A stretch of 64,000 nt of DNA, taken from the NCBI GenBank assembly GCA_047967505.1, contig CM106538.1; one strand, 5' to 3'. Position numbers and translations under genes: made by a program. The notes below the pieces were generated by a model. The model was not told the origin of the DNA. It saw nothing but the letters and a program-made list of their open reading frames with translations, and did not search any database. Below, piece by piece: positions 48,783 through 61,421 of this stretch (position 1 is its first letter; the number at the start of each line of letters is the position of its first letter). The DNA comes from Dipteris shenzhenensis. Its lineage: Eukaryota.

Positions 48783-51700
48783 GCGGCCGCTGCAGTTCAG
48801 CCTCGCCAAGGAGCCCGTTCAGCCTCCCTCCCCGTCTGTACAGGTACACCTGTACGGACGCCGTACGCTTTCGTACGACCATACGGCCAACTAGGTGAGG
48901 TCTGGCTCACCCCTGCGCAGCTCCGAGCAGTCCCGTACTTGTTTTGCATCGCCATCGCTGTATCTTTTCCTTAGATTCTTCCGTACGTCCGTACAACCCC
49001 GTCCATTTCCGTACAGTCCAGTCTCTCAGTGCCCCGTCAGCATCCCAGTACAGTTTCAGTTCCTTCCGTACAGTTTCTTCCGTATACCCGTACAGTCCCG
49101 TTTTGCCCGTACAATCCCGTACCTTTTCCGTACAATTTTCAGTCGTGCTCCTGCATTTTTCCGTACAGTCCTTGTCTCGCTTGTTTAGATCCTATACCTT
49201 TTCGTACAATCCCTCTTGCCTTGTCGTATTCCAACCATGGCTTCAGGTACGGATGTTTGTACATATGATCGAAAAGAAAGACCTGCAGAAGCTAAGCGCC
49301 GCCCTTCACAGCCTGCAACACAAGATGATGAACTTACTATGGAAGCTCAATACGTGTTTGATACACTTAAGGATGACTTTCAGCAGTCACGACAGGAATG
49401 GGGCAAACCAGTTCCAGAGGTCACATACAAATTGAAATTGCCATCCCTCGTGAATCCTCTCAGGAAGTTATCTCAAACTGCAATAATAATTTTCTTTCCA
49501 GGAAGAATCCCAGCAGCCAGTGATGTTGCACAGTGGATTAAGTCCATCCTTGGAGGATGCTTTGTAGAGGGAGTATATTTTGCATCTAAAGGCTTTTATG
49601 AGGTGCATTTATCAGATGCTTTGTGCAAGCAGAGGCTACTTGAGCTTTCTCCCCTCTTTTATGGGAAGCAGATGGTACATGCTATGCCCTGGTCCCCAAA
49701 CAAGGATTATCAAAGTCTTATACGACATCACTGTCCTGTATGGGTTGAGTTCCGGACTATATGCATGAAGAATTGCCAGGCCTGACTGCTTCTTTGGGAC
49801 AGGTCATTTGTCCTCCACGCCCTATGGGAAACCGTAACAGGTTCTGCATTCTCTGGGACACTGATACACCTACCCCTCCTTCTATTGCAGTAGAAGTTGA
49901 GGGAGTGCACTTGGGAAAAAAGTATTTTGAATTGAAATGGGGTGTATTTGCAGGAGCTTGTTTTGCCTGCCACAAGTTTGGACATCTAGCCTCTGAATGC
50001 CCAATGGTTCTGCATCAGCCCCCTCCCAATGCCTTGCCGCCCCAGATACGGGAAAAGAATGAGAATTCGCAGGCTAAGACAGCAAATAGAAATGGAGCAA
50101 AGAATGCCAAACCAATTAATCAGGTGCAATCACTTGCTGGAAAAGGAAAAGATAAAGAAAAAGAAAAGATGAAGGTATCTGTGGGAACTGATCGGGATGG
50201 TTTTCAACACCCTAAGAAGGTGGTTGTATTGAAGCAACGCCCCTTTCAATCTCGTCAATGGGATGCTTCTTCTCCCTCACCAGGACAGGCTTCTACTTCA
50301 GCTCCTGTCCTTCAAAATTGGGTGGGGGTTTTGAAGAAGGGCATCCCCATATGTGATTCTAAAGAAGGGGTATACCTCTTTCATGATCAAACACTTAAGT
50401 GCTTTACATACAATGTACAGAGCCTCTGCAATGTTTCAAAGTGGAGGCTTTTATGGAATTATGTACATAAAATGCAGCCAGATATTGTTCCTTTGCAAGA
50501 GCATAATCAACACTCTAAGGCTGGTCATCATGATTATTTTGATGGTTATGACATATACTATGCTAGTACCACTACCTACTCAGGGGTATGCATAATGGTT
50601 AGACATGAGCTGGAGCCTCAGTTAGCCTTCAATGACAGCAGTGGCAGATGGATGGTCATACAATGTAATGTCAATGGTGATATTCTTGAGTTTGCATCAG
50701 TCTATGCCTCCCAGACCTCTGCCATCAGGGCTTCTTTATGGAATTCTTTAAGCAAATATCCATGGAGATCTAATGCATTCATCTGTGGAGATTTTAATAA
50801 TTCCCCTCTGCCAAGAGATAACACTACTTCCAGATCTCATATGCTATCATCGGAAAGGCAGAAATGGAATAGCATGCTTCTTTCTGTGCAGGCTGAAGAT
50901 TTATGGCTGCTTCTCCAAGGGTCAGTGCCTGGATATACTTTTCATCATAATGCACTTACTACATACTAGGCAAGGCTTGACAGATAATACTTCTTTTACC
51001 CACAACAATATGCAGATTTTAGCCCTCATCTCCTCATAGATTTCTCATTGGGCTTGTCAGATCATACCCCATTATGGATGAATCTGCACCTTGGTATGCC
51101 ACTGGATGATTTGCCACCTTTTTCCAGTCGATTATTACATGTTAATCAGGCTTATTTCCGACATCACTATTTCCAGCAAATGATCAGACTTGCAATTCAT
51201 CCCTTGCCTTTGCATGCCCAGGAGGACATGGATTATGCTTGGGACAGCTTTGTCTCTCGTATACAGAATGTCATTAGGGAGTATGGAAACTGGCATATGA
51301 CTAAATGGAGGAATGAGGTTAAATGGGCAAAAAGGACAGCACAACAATTGACTGAATTTTCACATTTAAGGCCTCTCTCTGAATCAGAAAATGATTCCCT
51401 TTCCCATGCTCGGATTAAATTGACTACTAATGATCAGAGGAAATTGCACAAATGGCAGATTAGAGCAAGAATGAAGCCCCTCACGGATAAGGGCTGCTCA
51501 TCAAAAGCCTTTTTCCAGGGCCTGCATGCTACTCGACAGAAAAACTCATGTCTAAGGGTAAGGAAGCTAGATGGCTCTTGAATGCACTCTTTCTCTGATC
51601 TCCGAGATGAATGCCAAAATTATTTTCAGAAATTGTTCTCTGCTCCTGGTTCCCCGTCAAATCAAATGACTCATGCGAGGACTGAATTCCTCCAATATGT

Positions 51701-54286
51701 TTCTGAAATAGTGGAAATGGATGATGCTCTTACCTTGGAGAGACCTTTTACTGATACAGAACTTGATAATGCATTGTTCCACCTCAGCAAATACAAGTCC
51801 CTTGGCTGGGATGGCCTTACGGTGGAATTTTATATTTCTTTTTCGGATGATTTGAAAGATGTCCTCTTGCAAATGATCAAAGTTGCCTGGCAAGCAAATC
51901 AGTTACCGCACTCTTGGAAGCATGGCATAGTCAAACTTGTGCCCAAAAAACACCTGTGTGACCATATGTCAGATTGGAGGCCTATTACTTTGATGCCTGT
52001 AGTTTACAAACTCATTGCCAAAATGATTGTGTATAGGCTTCACGGGATACTGAATGCGGGCCTTCATCCTCATCAGTATGGGTTTGTGCCGCCGTGAAGA
52101 CAAATCCATGACAATATCTCCAATGCATTGACTGCAATATGCTAAGTACTCGCATCAAGATGTGCTCATATTGCAGGTAGATATTGCTAAGGCATTTGAC
52201 ACTATTCAATGGGATTTTATCTTTCAAATCATGACAAAGTTGGGCTTTGGTCCAAAGATAGCAAATGCAGTTTACTGGCTTTATTCTGGCTCTACTTCTC
52301 AGCGCATTCTTGGGGGTCATCTATCCCGGTCATGGACATTGGGTAGATCAGTTAGACAAGGCTGCCCTCTTAGTGCTCTCTTCTATGCCATTGCGACCCA
52401 TCCCCTCTTAATGTATCTTGATCATCTTACAACCACAGGACAGATGACTGGTCTTAAAATCCCTGGGGCTGCATCTTTTTTGGCACAAGCATATGCTGAT
52501 GATTCCTTCTTTATGCCACAGAACTCTCCCCGGGAAGTTCACATGCTTATGACCACTCTATCATTGTATGGATTGGCAGCGGGATTGCATGTTAATTTTG
52601 ACAAATCTAAATTGCTTCCCCTGAAACAATGTGACTGGCATTCTATTCTCTGGCAAGGTCAGGTGGTGCATTCCAAAGATGTAGTCAGGCATTTGGGATA
52701 TCCTATAGGATGGCATATCACCAGGAAGCAGCAGTTAAAACGGATCTTCCAAAGACTTCAACATAAACTAGAATACTGGAAAATTTCTACTTGGCCACTT
52801 CATGCCAGGCTCAGAATAGTACAGTCCATTGTAATGTCCTATGTCCAGTTCTTTTTGCCGTTGCTGCATTGGTCCTCCAGAGATATTTCAGCCTTTATGT
52901 CTCAAGCTATGGAGATGTTATGGAGGACAAAAACTGCTGTGAAAGCATTGAGACTAATGAAGATGGAAATGGTGTGCTCTCCTAGGATGCATGGCACACT
53001 TAAAATCCTCAATATAAGATATCATGTACTTGCAAGGCAGGCGACTATGCTCCATACTTTTTTCCGCCAACAACAGCCATGGACTTGTATGATAGCATCC
53101 ATGTGTGTCAACATGAGGACTTCTGCATATGGACATTGGACTACTGATCATTGGGAGGTTGTTATTGGGAGATTTGTAGGGAAGATACCTAGCTGTCCTT
53201 TCTCTACTGCTCTGATACTTGATTGGAAACAAGTACTTTCTAAGATCAAATGGGCTCCTGATAATTGCTCGGCGACAAACTCAATGAGGAAAGAAAGTAT
53301 TCATTGGAGTGCCATCTTTGACATTCCACTTGCTTTACAGGAACCTGTTCGGGCATACAATCTCATGAAATTGGGAATCAGATATATACATGATGTGGTA
53401 GATAATCAGGGCTATGTTTTATCTTTTCCTCAAGCTACTGCTTCCTATGCATTGGGAATGCACCATAGGTCGATATGGAAGAAAATTGCTGATTTGTTAC
53501 ATCCTTTTCTACCGGTTCCCCCTGTGGCTGACACAGACAGGCTATTGGATTGGCAATTGCAACCCTCTGCTACATGCTCTCATCCTGTTTCCCTGCCTGC
53601 CTTGACCTCCATCAAAGCATACAGGCTTCTTCAGCCTGCTCCATGGATTCAGCAACATGCTAATACTCTGTGGCATATCAGGAAGCCCCTCTCATGGTGG
53701 CGGAAGAATCTCAGGATATTATGGAAGTGTAAAATGCCTTTGAAACAAAGACTTTTTCTTTGGAGATGCATGACAGGCACATTGTCAGTGGGAGTCACAC
53801 TTGCCAAACGTCGCATTGCACCTTCCACATGTTTAAGATGTCAGGCTCCTTCAGAGACTGTCCCTCATTTGCTTTGGCACTACCCGTGTTCTCGGAACCT
53901 CCTCGGGAGAATATCAGATCATCTTCGGCTCCGTTTCCCGAGTCACAATGTTGGGAAACATTTTTGGCTATTTGGCAGATTTATGAGGTCTATGTCTCAA
54001 TACTCACTATTTCTCTCTTGGGTGAGATATTAGGCTCTTTGGACAATCTGGAGTGAGCATAATTTGGCATACTTGGGTCGGCAGATTCACAAGTCATATG
54101 AATCTTTCCGAGCCTCATTGCGGCAATCCTTATATGATGCCTGCCACGAGGGTGATATAGATGCTTCTTGCATAGAGCTTTTCTTTTTATGTTTCTGATC
54201 TTTGGGATACTCTCCATTTCTGGAGACTTCCCATCTTGTAAATTTATGAGCATATAAATACAGCACTGGATATTACTAAAAAAAAA
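48783..54286 (+). mobile_element. Full-length L1 LINE, lightly decayed
   Basis: GC-rich 5' UTR. ORF1 from ATG 49237 (DUF4283-like, CCHC CFACHKFGHLASEC), then APE endonuclease, RT (VDIAKAFD, RQGCPLS, AYADDS), zf-RVT and poly(A) 54278-54286, followed by GT repeats. The 5' boundary is approximate. Confidence 0.95.
49237..54198 (+). pseudogene. L1 ORF1 + ORF2 (nucleic-acid binding, endonuclease, reverse transcriptase), few stops and frameshifts
   Basis: ORFs 49216, 49761, 51048, 51582 and 52162 lie in domain order. Confidence 0.92.
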
Positions 54287-54340
54287 GTATGTGTATGTGT
54301 ATGTGTGTGTGAATGTGTATGTGTATGTGTATGTGTATAT

Positions 54341-56196
54341 ACAAACACAGGACAGATGACTGGTCTTAAAATCCCTGGGGCTGCATCTTTTTTGGCACAA
54401 GCATATGCTGATGATTCCTTCTTTATGCCACAGACTTCTCCCCGAGAAGTTCACATGCTTATGACCACTCTTTCATTGTATGGTTTGGTAGCGGGATTGC
54501 ATGTCAATTTTGACAAATCTAAATTACTTCCCCTGAAACAATGTGACTGGCATTCTATTCTTTGGCCAGGCAGGTGGTGCATTCCAAAGATGTAGTCACG
54601 CATTTGGGATATCCTATAGGATGGCATATCACCAGGAAGCAACAGCTAAAATGGATCTTCCAAAGACTTCAACATAAACTGGAATACTGGAAAATTTCTA
54701 CTTGGCCTCTTCATGTCAGGCTCAGAATAGTACAGTCCATTGTAATGTCTTATGTCCAGTTCTATTTGCCTTTGCTGCATTGGTCCTCCAGGGATATTTC
54801 AGCCTTTATGTCTCAAGCTATGGAGCTGTTATGGAGGACAAAAACTGCTGTGAAAGCATTGAGACTGATGAAGATGGAAATGGTGTGCTCTCCTAGGATG
54901 CATGGTGGACTTAATGTCCTCAATTTAAGATATCATGTACTTGCAAGGAAGGCGACTATGCTCCATACTTTTTTCCGCCAACAGCAGCCATGGACTTGTA
55001 CGATACCATCCATGTGTGTCAACATGAGGACTTGTGCTTATGGTCATTGGACTACTGATCATTGGGAGGTTGTCATTGGGAGATTTGTAGGGAAGATACC
55101 TGGCTGTCCTTTCTCTACTGCTCTGATACTTGACTGGAAACAAGTACTTTCTAAGGTCGAATGGGCTCCTGATAATTGCTCGGGGACAAACTTGATGAGG
55201 AAAGAAAGTATTCATTGGAGTGCCATCTTTGACATTCCACTCGCTTTACAGGAACCTGTTCGGGCATACAATCTCATGAAATTGGGAATTAGATACATAC
55301 ATGATGTGGTAGATGATCAGGGCTATGTCTTATCTTTTCCTCGGGCCACTGCTTCCTATGCATTGGGAATGCACCATAGGTCTATATGGAAGAAAATTGC
55401 TGATTTGTTACATCCTTTTCTACCTATTGCTCCTGTGGCTGACACAGACAGGCTTATGGATTGGCAATTGCAGCCCTCTGCTACATGCACTCGTCTTGTT
55501 CCTCTTCCTGCCTTGACCTCCATCAAAGCCTACAAGCTTCTTCAGCCTGCTCCATGGATTCAGCAATATGCTAATTCTCTGTGGCATATAAGGAAGCCCC
55601 TCTCATGGTGGCGGAAAAATCTCTGGATATTATGGAAGTGTCAAATGCCATTGAAACAAAGACTTTTTCTTTGGAGATGTATGACAGGCACATTGTCAGT
55701 GGGAGTCACACTTGCCAAACGTCGCATTGCACCATCCACATGTTTAAGATGTCAGGCTCCTTCAGAGACTGTTCCTCATTTGCTTTGGCACTGCCCGTGT
55801 TCTAGGAACCTCCTCGGGAGAATTTCAGATCATCTTCGGCTCCGTTTCCTGAGTCATATTTGGGAAACATTTCTGGTTCTTTGGAAGATTTATGAGGTCT
55901 TTGTCTCAATACTCACTATTTCTGTCTTTGGTGAGATATTGGGCTCTTTGGACAATCTAGAGTGAGCATAATTTGGCATACTTGGGTCGGCAGATTCACA
56001 AGTCATATGAATCTTTCCGAGCCTCATTGCGCCAATCCTTATATGATGCCTGCCATGAGGGTGATATGGATGCTTCTTGCATAGAGCTTTTCTTTTTATG
56101 TTTCTGATCTTTGGGATACTCTCCATTTCGGGGACCTCCCATCATGTAAATTTATGAGCATATAAATATACTGCACTTGATATTACAAAAAAAAAA
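54341..56196 (+). mobile_element. 5'-truncated L1, near-identical to 52430-54286
   Basis: The 467-aa ORF nearly matches the 623-aa ORF upstream. Poly(A) is followed by gtatatgtatgtgt. Confidence 0.93.
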
Positions 56197-56334
56197 GTAT
56201 ATGTATGTGTATGTGTACATGTACATCTACATGTAGTATGTGTCTGCACTGTGTACTATATAGTCTATGTATGTGCACTATTTTTTGTATCTATATGTGC
56301 TTTTGTTTTTTTTATCATGTGCGTGCGTGCGCGC

Positions 56335-56369
<35 letters not shown>

Positions 56370-56370
<1 letters not shown>

Positions 56371-58133
56371 CAAATGATTCTTTCTTTACCCCGAAAAATA
56401 CTCGGAGTGATCTCTCCTTGATTATGCAGGCTCTTTCCACATATGGCTTAGCTGTTGGTTTTCATGTGAATTTTCAGAAATCCAAGTTATTGCCATTGCA
56501 TGCTAAAGACTGGCATAGTCTTTTGTGGCCGGGGGAAATTGTTCCACCTTCTCAATTGATTCGACATCTTGGCTATCCTCTAGGTTGGGGACTCACTCAT
56601 TCTCAACAAATTGATTGGATGCTCACAAAGCTGAGGAAAAAACTTGAATATTGGAAGCTTGCAACTTGGCCATTACATGTTTGCTTGCGAATAACGCAAT
56701 CCATTTTGATAGCATACATACAATTCTATCTGCCCCTCATCATGTTTACTAAGGCAGATTTGGTTTCATTTGTCTGCTATCATGGAGATTTTTTGGTGTT
56801 CAAAAAAGGGCAAGAAAAGTCTCAGATTACTCTCTATGCATTGTCTCTGTTCTCCAAAGATGCACAGGGGTTTGAACATACTCAATATTCAAATGCATAT
56901 AGTTGCTCACAGGGGGAAAATGATGTTGCAATTTATGCAAGGGGATCAGCCTTGGGCTTTTACGATCCACTCTCTTTTGTTGCATATTGATACTTCTGCT
57001 TTTGGGCATTGGCAGCCCACACAGTGGGATTTTCTATTTGGCTCTATTCAAGGCAAGATCAAAGGCTGCCCTTTTGTGTCTCGTTTGCTTCTTGATTGGA
57101 AGCATATTTTATCCCACTTGGAATGGAATGGTAGGGATTCTTTGTTGGGAAATTCCTTGAGGGCTGAGAATATTTATTGGTCCAAAGTATTCCACCCTCC
57201 TTTGGCTATACAAGAACCTAGGCGTTCTTATTTTATATCTTTCAAAGGTATTGCTACTGTGGCGGATGTACTTCAGAATGATGGCACTCTTTTATCCTTT
57301 TCTATGGCTGCTAGCAAGTATGGTTTGGGAGCTCATTATCGTCCTTTATGGCACAAAGTTTCAGAAATGCTTCAACCTTTCTTGCTGGTACCTCGTTTGG
57401 AACTTCAAGATAGGCTTGAGGATTAGACTCTCCACTCTCCTTCTTCTTCAGCCCGTCCTTTGAAGCTATCACATATCACAGTGCCTTCTCTATATAAAGT
57501 GTTGTTACCTCCGCCTTGGGTTTCTGACAGAGCCAATTCTGTTTGGCATATGGATCGTCCATCAAAGTGGTGGAGAAAGCAGCTGCATCTCCTTTGGCAC
57601 TATAAAGTCCCTCTTCGGCAACAGCTTTTCCTCTGGCGAGTTCTACTTGGCATTTTCCCATCTGGGCAGTTACTTGCGCATAGACATATTGCCCCGGCTG
57701 TTTGCCACAGATGCCTACATTCTGCTGAATCTGTGCTTCACATTTTTTGGCACTATCTACATACTTGTGATTTCCTCGCTCTCATTCGTTAAGAGCTTCG
57801 AGCGAGATTTCCTACTGTTACTTTTGGCAGGTTCTTCTGGTTATTGGATTATGATATATTTTTTGTTTGGGCGCGCTACTAGGCACTTTGGACTCTATGG
57901 ATGGACAGAAATCATAGTCTTTGGTGATCCTACCTTTCCATCTTTCATTTTTTTCAAACGGTCTCTGCGGCAATCGTTTTATGATTGCTTTCAGACTCAT
58001 CTGATAGATCATGATGTATATATGGCTTATACAAAGATTTTCGATTGAGTAGTAGTTATTCCACTTTTGGAGTACCTATGAATGTAATTATTTCACTGTA
58101 ATAAAATATTTATTCTCACCCAAAAAAAAAAAA
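56370..58133 (+). mobile_element. 5'-truncated L1 of the 38844-type subfamily in a (GT)n tract
   Basis: Starts at the (A)NDSFFTP RT motif. Peptides match the 42000-43700 region. Poly(A) 58122-58133 is followed by (TG)n. Confidence 0.92.
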
Positions 58134-58523
58134 TGTGTGTGTGTGTGTGTGTGTGCGCGCGCACTATGCACTTTACTCTGTGTGTATGTGTATGTGCATG
58201 CGTGTGCACGGTGTACCATAGTCTATGTATGTGCTATTTTTTACACGTGTATGTGTTTATGGTTCTTTTATCATGTGTATGTACTCAAATTCACTGTGTA
58301 CTATAGTCTATATGAGCATGTGTGATGTGTGCACGCAGCATATGTGTGAAGAGAGAGAGAGAGAGAGAGAGAGTTTATTAAAGTCTTTGGAAGACCGATG
58401 GGTCTGTGAGACTAATAGAAAACTGATACAACAAGGAGAAAGGGTGGAGCTACTAAATGAGCATCATCACCCATGCTGAATGCTAAGTGCTAAGTAGTAC
58501 ATAGTCATATCATCAGTATTGGC

Positions 58524-60232
58524 ATCATCGTCATCATCATCATCATCATCGAGTCAATCACCATCAAGGCTGGCTGGCTCTGGTCAATGCGATGCGCCCC
58601 CACAAGGGTATATGTGTGTCAGAGAGGTATTGATGTGTAGCCAGTGATGGAACGCTGGCGACTGTCTGTAGGTGCTGCCCATCTCGGTCTCCTGGCAATG
58701 ATATTGCTCCTGACCAGGGCTACCGTAACCCCTGTGGGTCGTGTCCCAAAGCCCGAACATGGATAAGAGGTCGCTCAATGTGATCTGCATGTCTGTCCGC
58801 TGACAAGTGCGGCGTGTCTCAAGATCTAGATCTCTGCTGCGCCTGCTATCAGTGGCCGCAAAGCTCGTGTGATCTAACTGGAAAAACTCAATGATCCTGC
58901 TCTGAGAAGAGTCGGGCCATGTGCCTGAAGACTGTCATTGTGTCCTAAGTAAGTGTTCCCTGTGGCGGACCACCTCATGGATGAAGGCAACGAGGCATCC
59001 ATGGTCTGAGTATGAGAGAAGTTTGGCCCAAAATCGGCCCTAAAAAGACAATGGTATCGACAGTGAGTACACAGGGCATCTGAATGCGAAGTGCTCCTCT
59101 GACTCCACCTCCTGTAGATCACATAATGTGCATAGGCATCTCTCCCTGGGTATCCCCTCTCAGCTTGTCCGCTCTCGATGCGGAGTTAGAGTGATGAGAC
59201 TCGAAACTGTCCGAAAGAGAAACTCAGTGAATGTGGCAAGTGGATCCGAGTGTACTCTGGTGGTGTACTCTGGTGGGACAATGAAGCCCTCCTCAGAGAT
59301 CTGTAGAAATTGAGCTTCACTCAAAACTCCCTCAGCTCCAACCAGGTCCTGAATGTGTGCAACTATAGTAGATAGTCTTGAATGACCTTGTTGACCTCAT
59401 GGTACCCTAGCGAGATAGATGGAGCGTCTAAGTTGTACTGGAAGGGAGGAAGTCTATCTATGTGAAGCCCCAATCTCTTGAACAACCTACATGTCTTGGC
59501 ATATCAACCTCTCTCGTCCCCAGTGTCTGTGAGGTCCATTGATGAAGACAGAGCCAGCCATGGCAACCTGCGCCGCTTCACTGTACTAGACCAGTACTGT
59601 CTGTGATGCAGTGTAGATAGGTAATGGTATGGATTGCCGCATCTAGCTCTAGTGGAGACACGTCGAACTCAACTTGCTGTGTCTGAGAGATCTGGCCCCC
59701 AACAAGGGCTGCCATACATGCCTCGTGGTCGAACCAAGGAGTCAAAGAGAAGAGCCTTGGTCCGAGGGTCCTGAAAGTGAGAGTGGAAGCACTGTCTCTC
59801 CAGGCGAGAAAGTGAGGAACGGGCCTGCCTCACTAGCCTCATTGTGAAAATTGGACAAGAGAAGATAACACATAGGTAGGTATATGAGGAGACAATCTCG
59901 ACCGGTGATTCATCGAATGTGAATTGTTCTCTATGCACGACTCCTCCAGATGTGTTGAAGATCATAACCTTGGTCTTGCCAAAATTGACCTTCAAATCAT
60001 GTGACTCACAAAAAACCTATAGTGCATCCAAATGTCACTGGAGGCCCTCAGCAGAAGAGGACATCAGAACCATGTCATCTACGTATAACAGAATCTGAAT
60101 CAGAGTACCTACAAGAGAGCAATCAGCCCCCCTAGTGATCCCATGAATGTCTCGAGCTCGTCTATGCAGAGGCCAAACAAGGTTGGTGATAGTGGGCAGC
60201 CTTGTTTGACACCAATTGTGCTCATAATACAT
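58524..60232 (-). mobile_element. RTE/RTEX-like LINE, 5'-truncated, with a (GAT)n 3' tail
   Basis: GVKQGCPLSP, ILLYVDDMVL, KVNFGKTKVMIF, LFDSLVRP. (CAT)n tract at 58524-58550. Confidence 0.85.
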
Positions 60233-60497
60233 TAATAATTATGTATACAACATTTATATACCTAATATATTATGTATTTTTAATACATAACTAGAGTGTG
60301 TTTCTAGGCGAAACTCCAATCAAATTCTCGCAACATTTTTTAACGAAACTTTTAAAACGCGCTTCACGAAACGTGTCGGGTAACATAATTCAAGTTACTT
60401 TCACCTGACACGTCTAGCATCCCTAATCCATCACAGATTATATTCTATGGTAACTTTTACATATCAGCAAGAAACACTTTAGCTATCTCATGAAGAA

Positions 60498-61421
60498 ATG
60501 GCATATCATCAAATTTCGCTTTTGAAGAAAACTCTCTCTACATGGGAGTCATCTCATAGGAAGGAGACGAGGAGAGACACTGGTGTGCGGGGTTTGGGGG
60601 GAGTGGCTATCCTCTTTAGATCACACATGAAACCTCTCATATCAATGGCACGGAGAGAGAAACATGCACGACACATGTGGATACGAGTCCAGCTACCAAA
60701 CGCACGACCGATTCTCATAGCATTGTGTTATTTTCCCCTAGATACTTCATCCTATGCACGTGAGGTCACCATAGAAGGGCACAGCCCGTATGAATCGATT
60801 CAGGATGATATCACTAAATTCTCTAGGCAGGGGGGCATCCTCCTTCTTGATGACTTCAATGCACGCACAGGGAACAAGCAAATGGGCCTACTCGACTTTG
60901 CATTGGATTCCCTCATAGTACCAGAACTAGATGCAGCTGAGCTCGGGATAGTGAGACACTCTGCAAATGCACCACAAGTGAAAGAGTATGGACGACATCT
61001 ACTTGAGCTCGGGGCTGTTCATGATTTGATCATTTACAATGGTCTACAGAGATGGCCATCATTCAGTGGTCTCACTTGTTTCCCACATGGCAGAGGGACA
61101 AGCACAGTGGACTACCTATTGGGTCACTTGGCCTTTACCTCACGGATATACGACTTTATTGTGCCCCCTCCCCCACTCGGTGCTGATCACTCGTACTTAC
61201 CCTTTTGTATCTCTACCACTATGCCAGCAAGGAGGGTCCCCGCCATGCCCACTCGTGTACAGGTTCACTTTGATCATGCCTTGGACCCCATCTATGTGAG
61301 CAACCTGGCAAAGGGACTTCCAGCCCTACTACTTGGAGATGTTGTAGACCTCGCCCACGCCTCAAACACCCTTGCCCTAGTAGTCATGGACGCAACCATC
61401 GGGTCTTTCCCCACAACTTAA
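60498..61421 (+). pseudogene. LINE APE-type endonuclease domain (open 307-aa frame; its first codons come from flanking DNA)
   Basis: Endonuclease motifs as above. The downstream ORF is broken. Confidence 0.8.
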
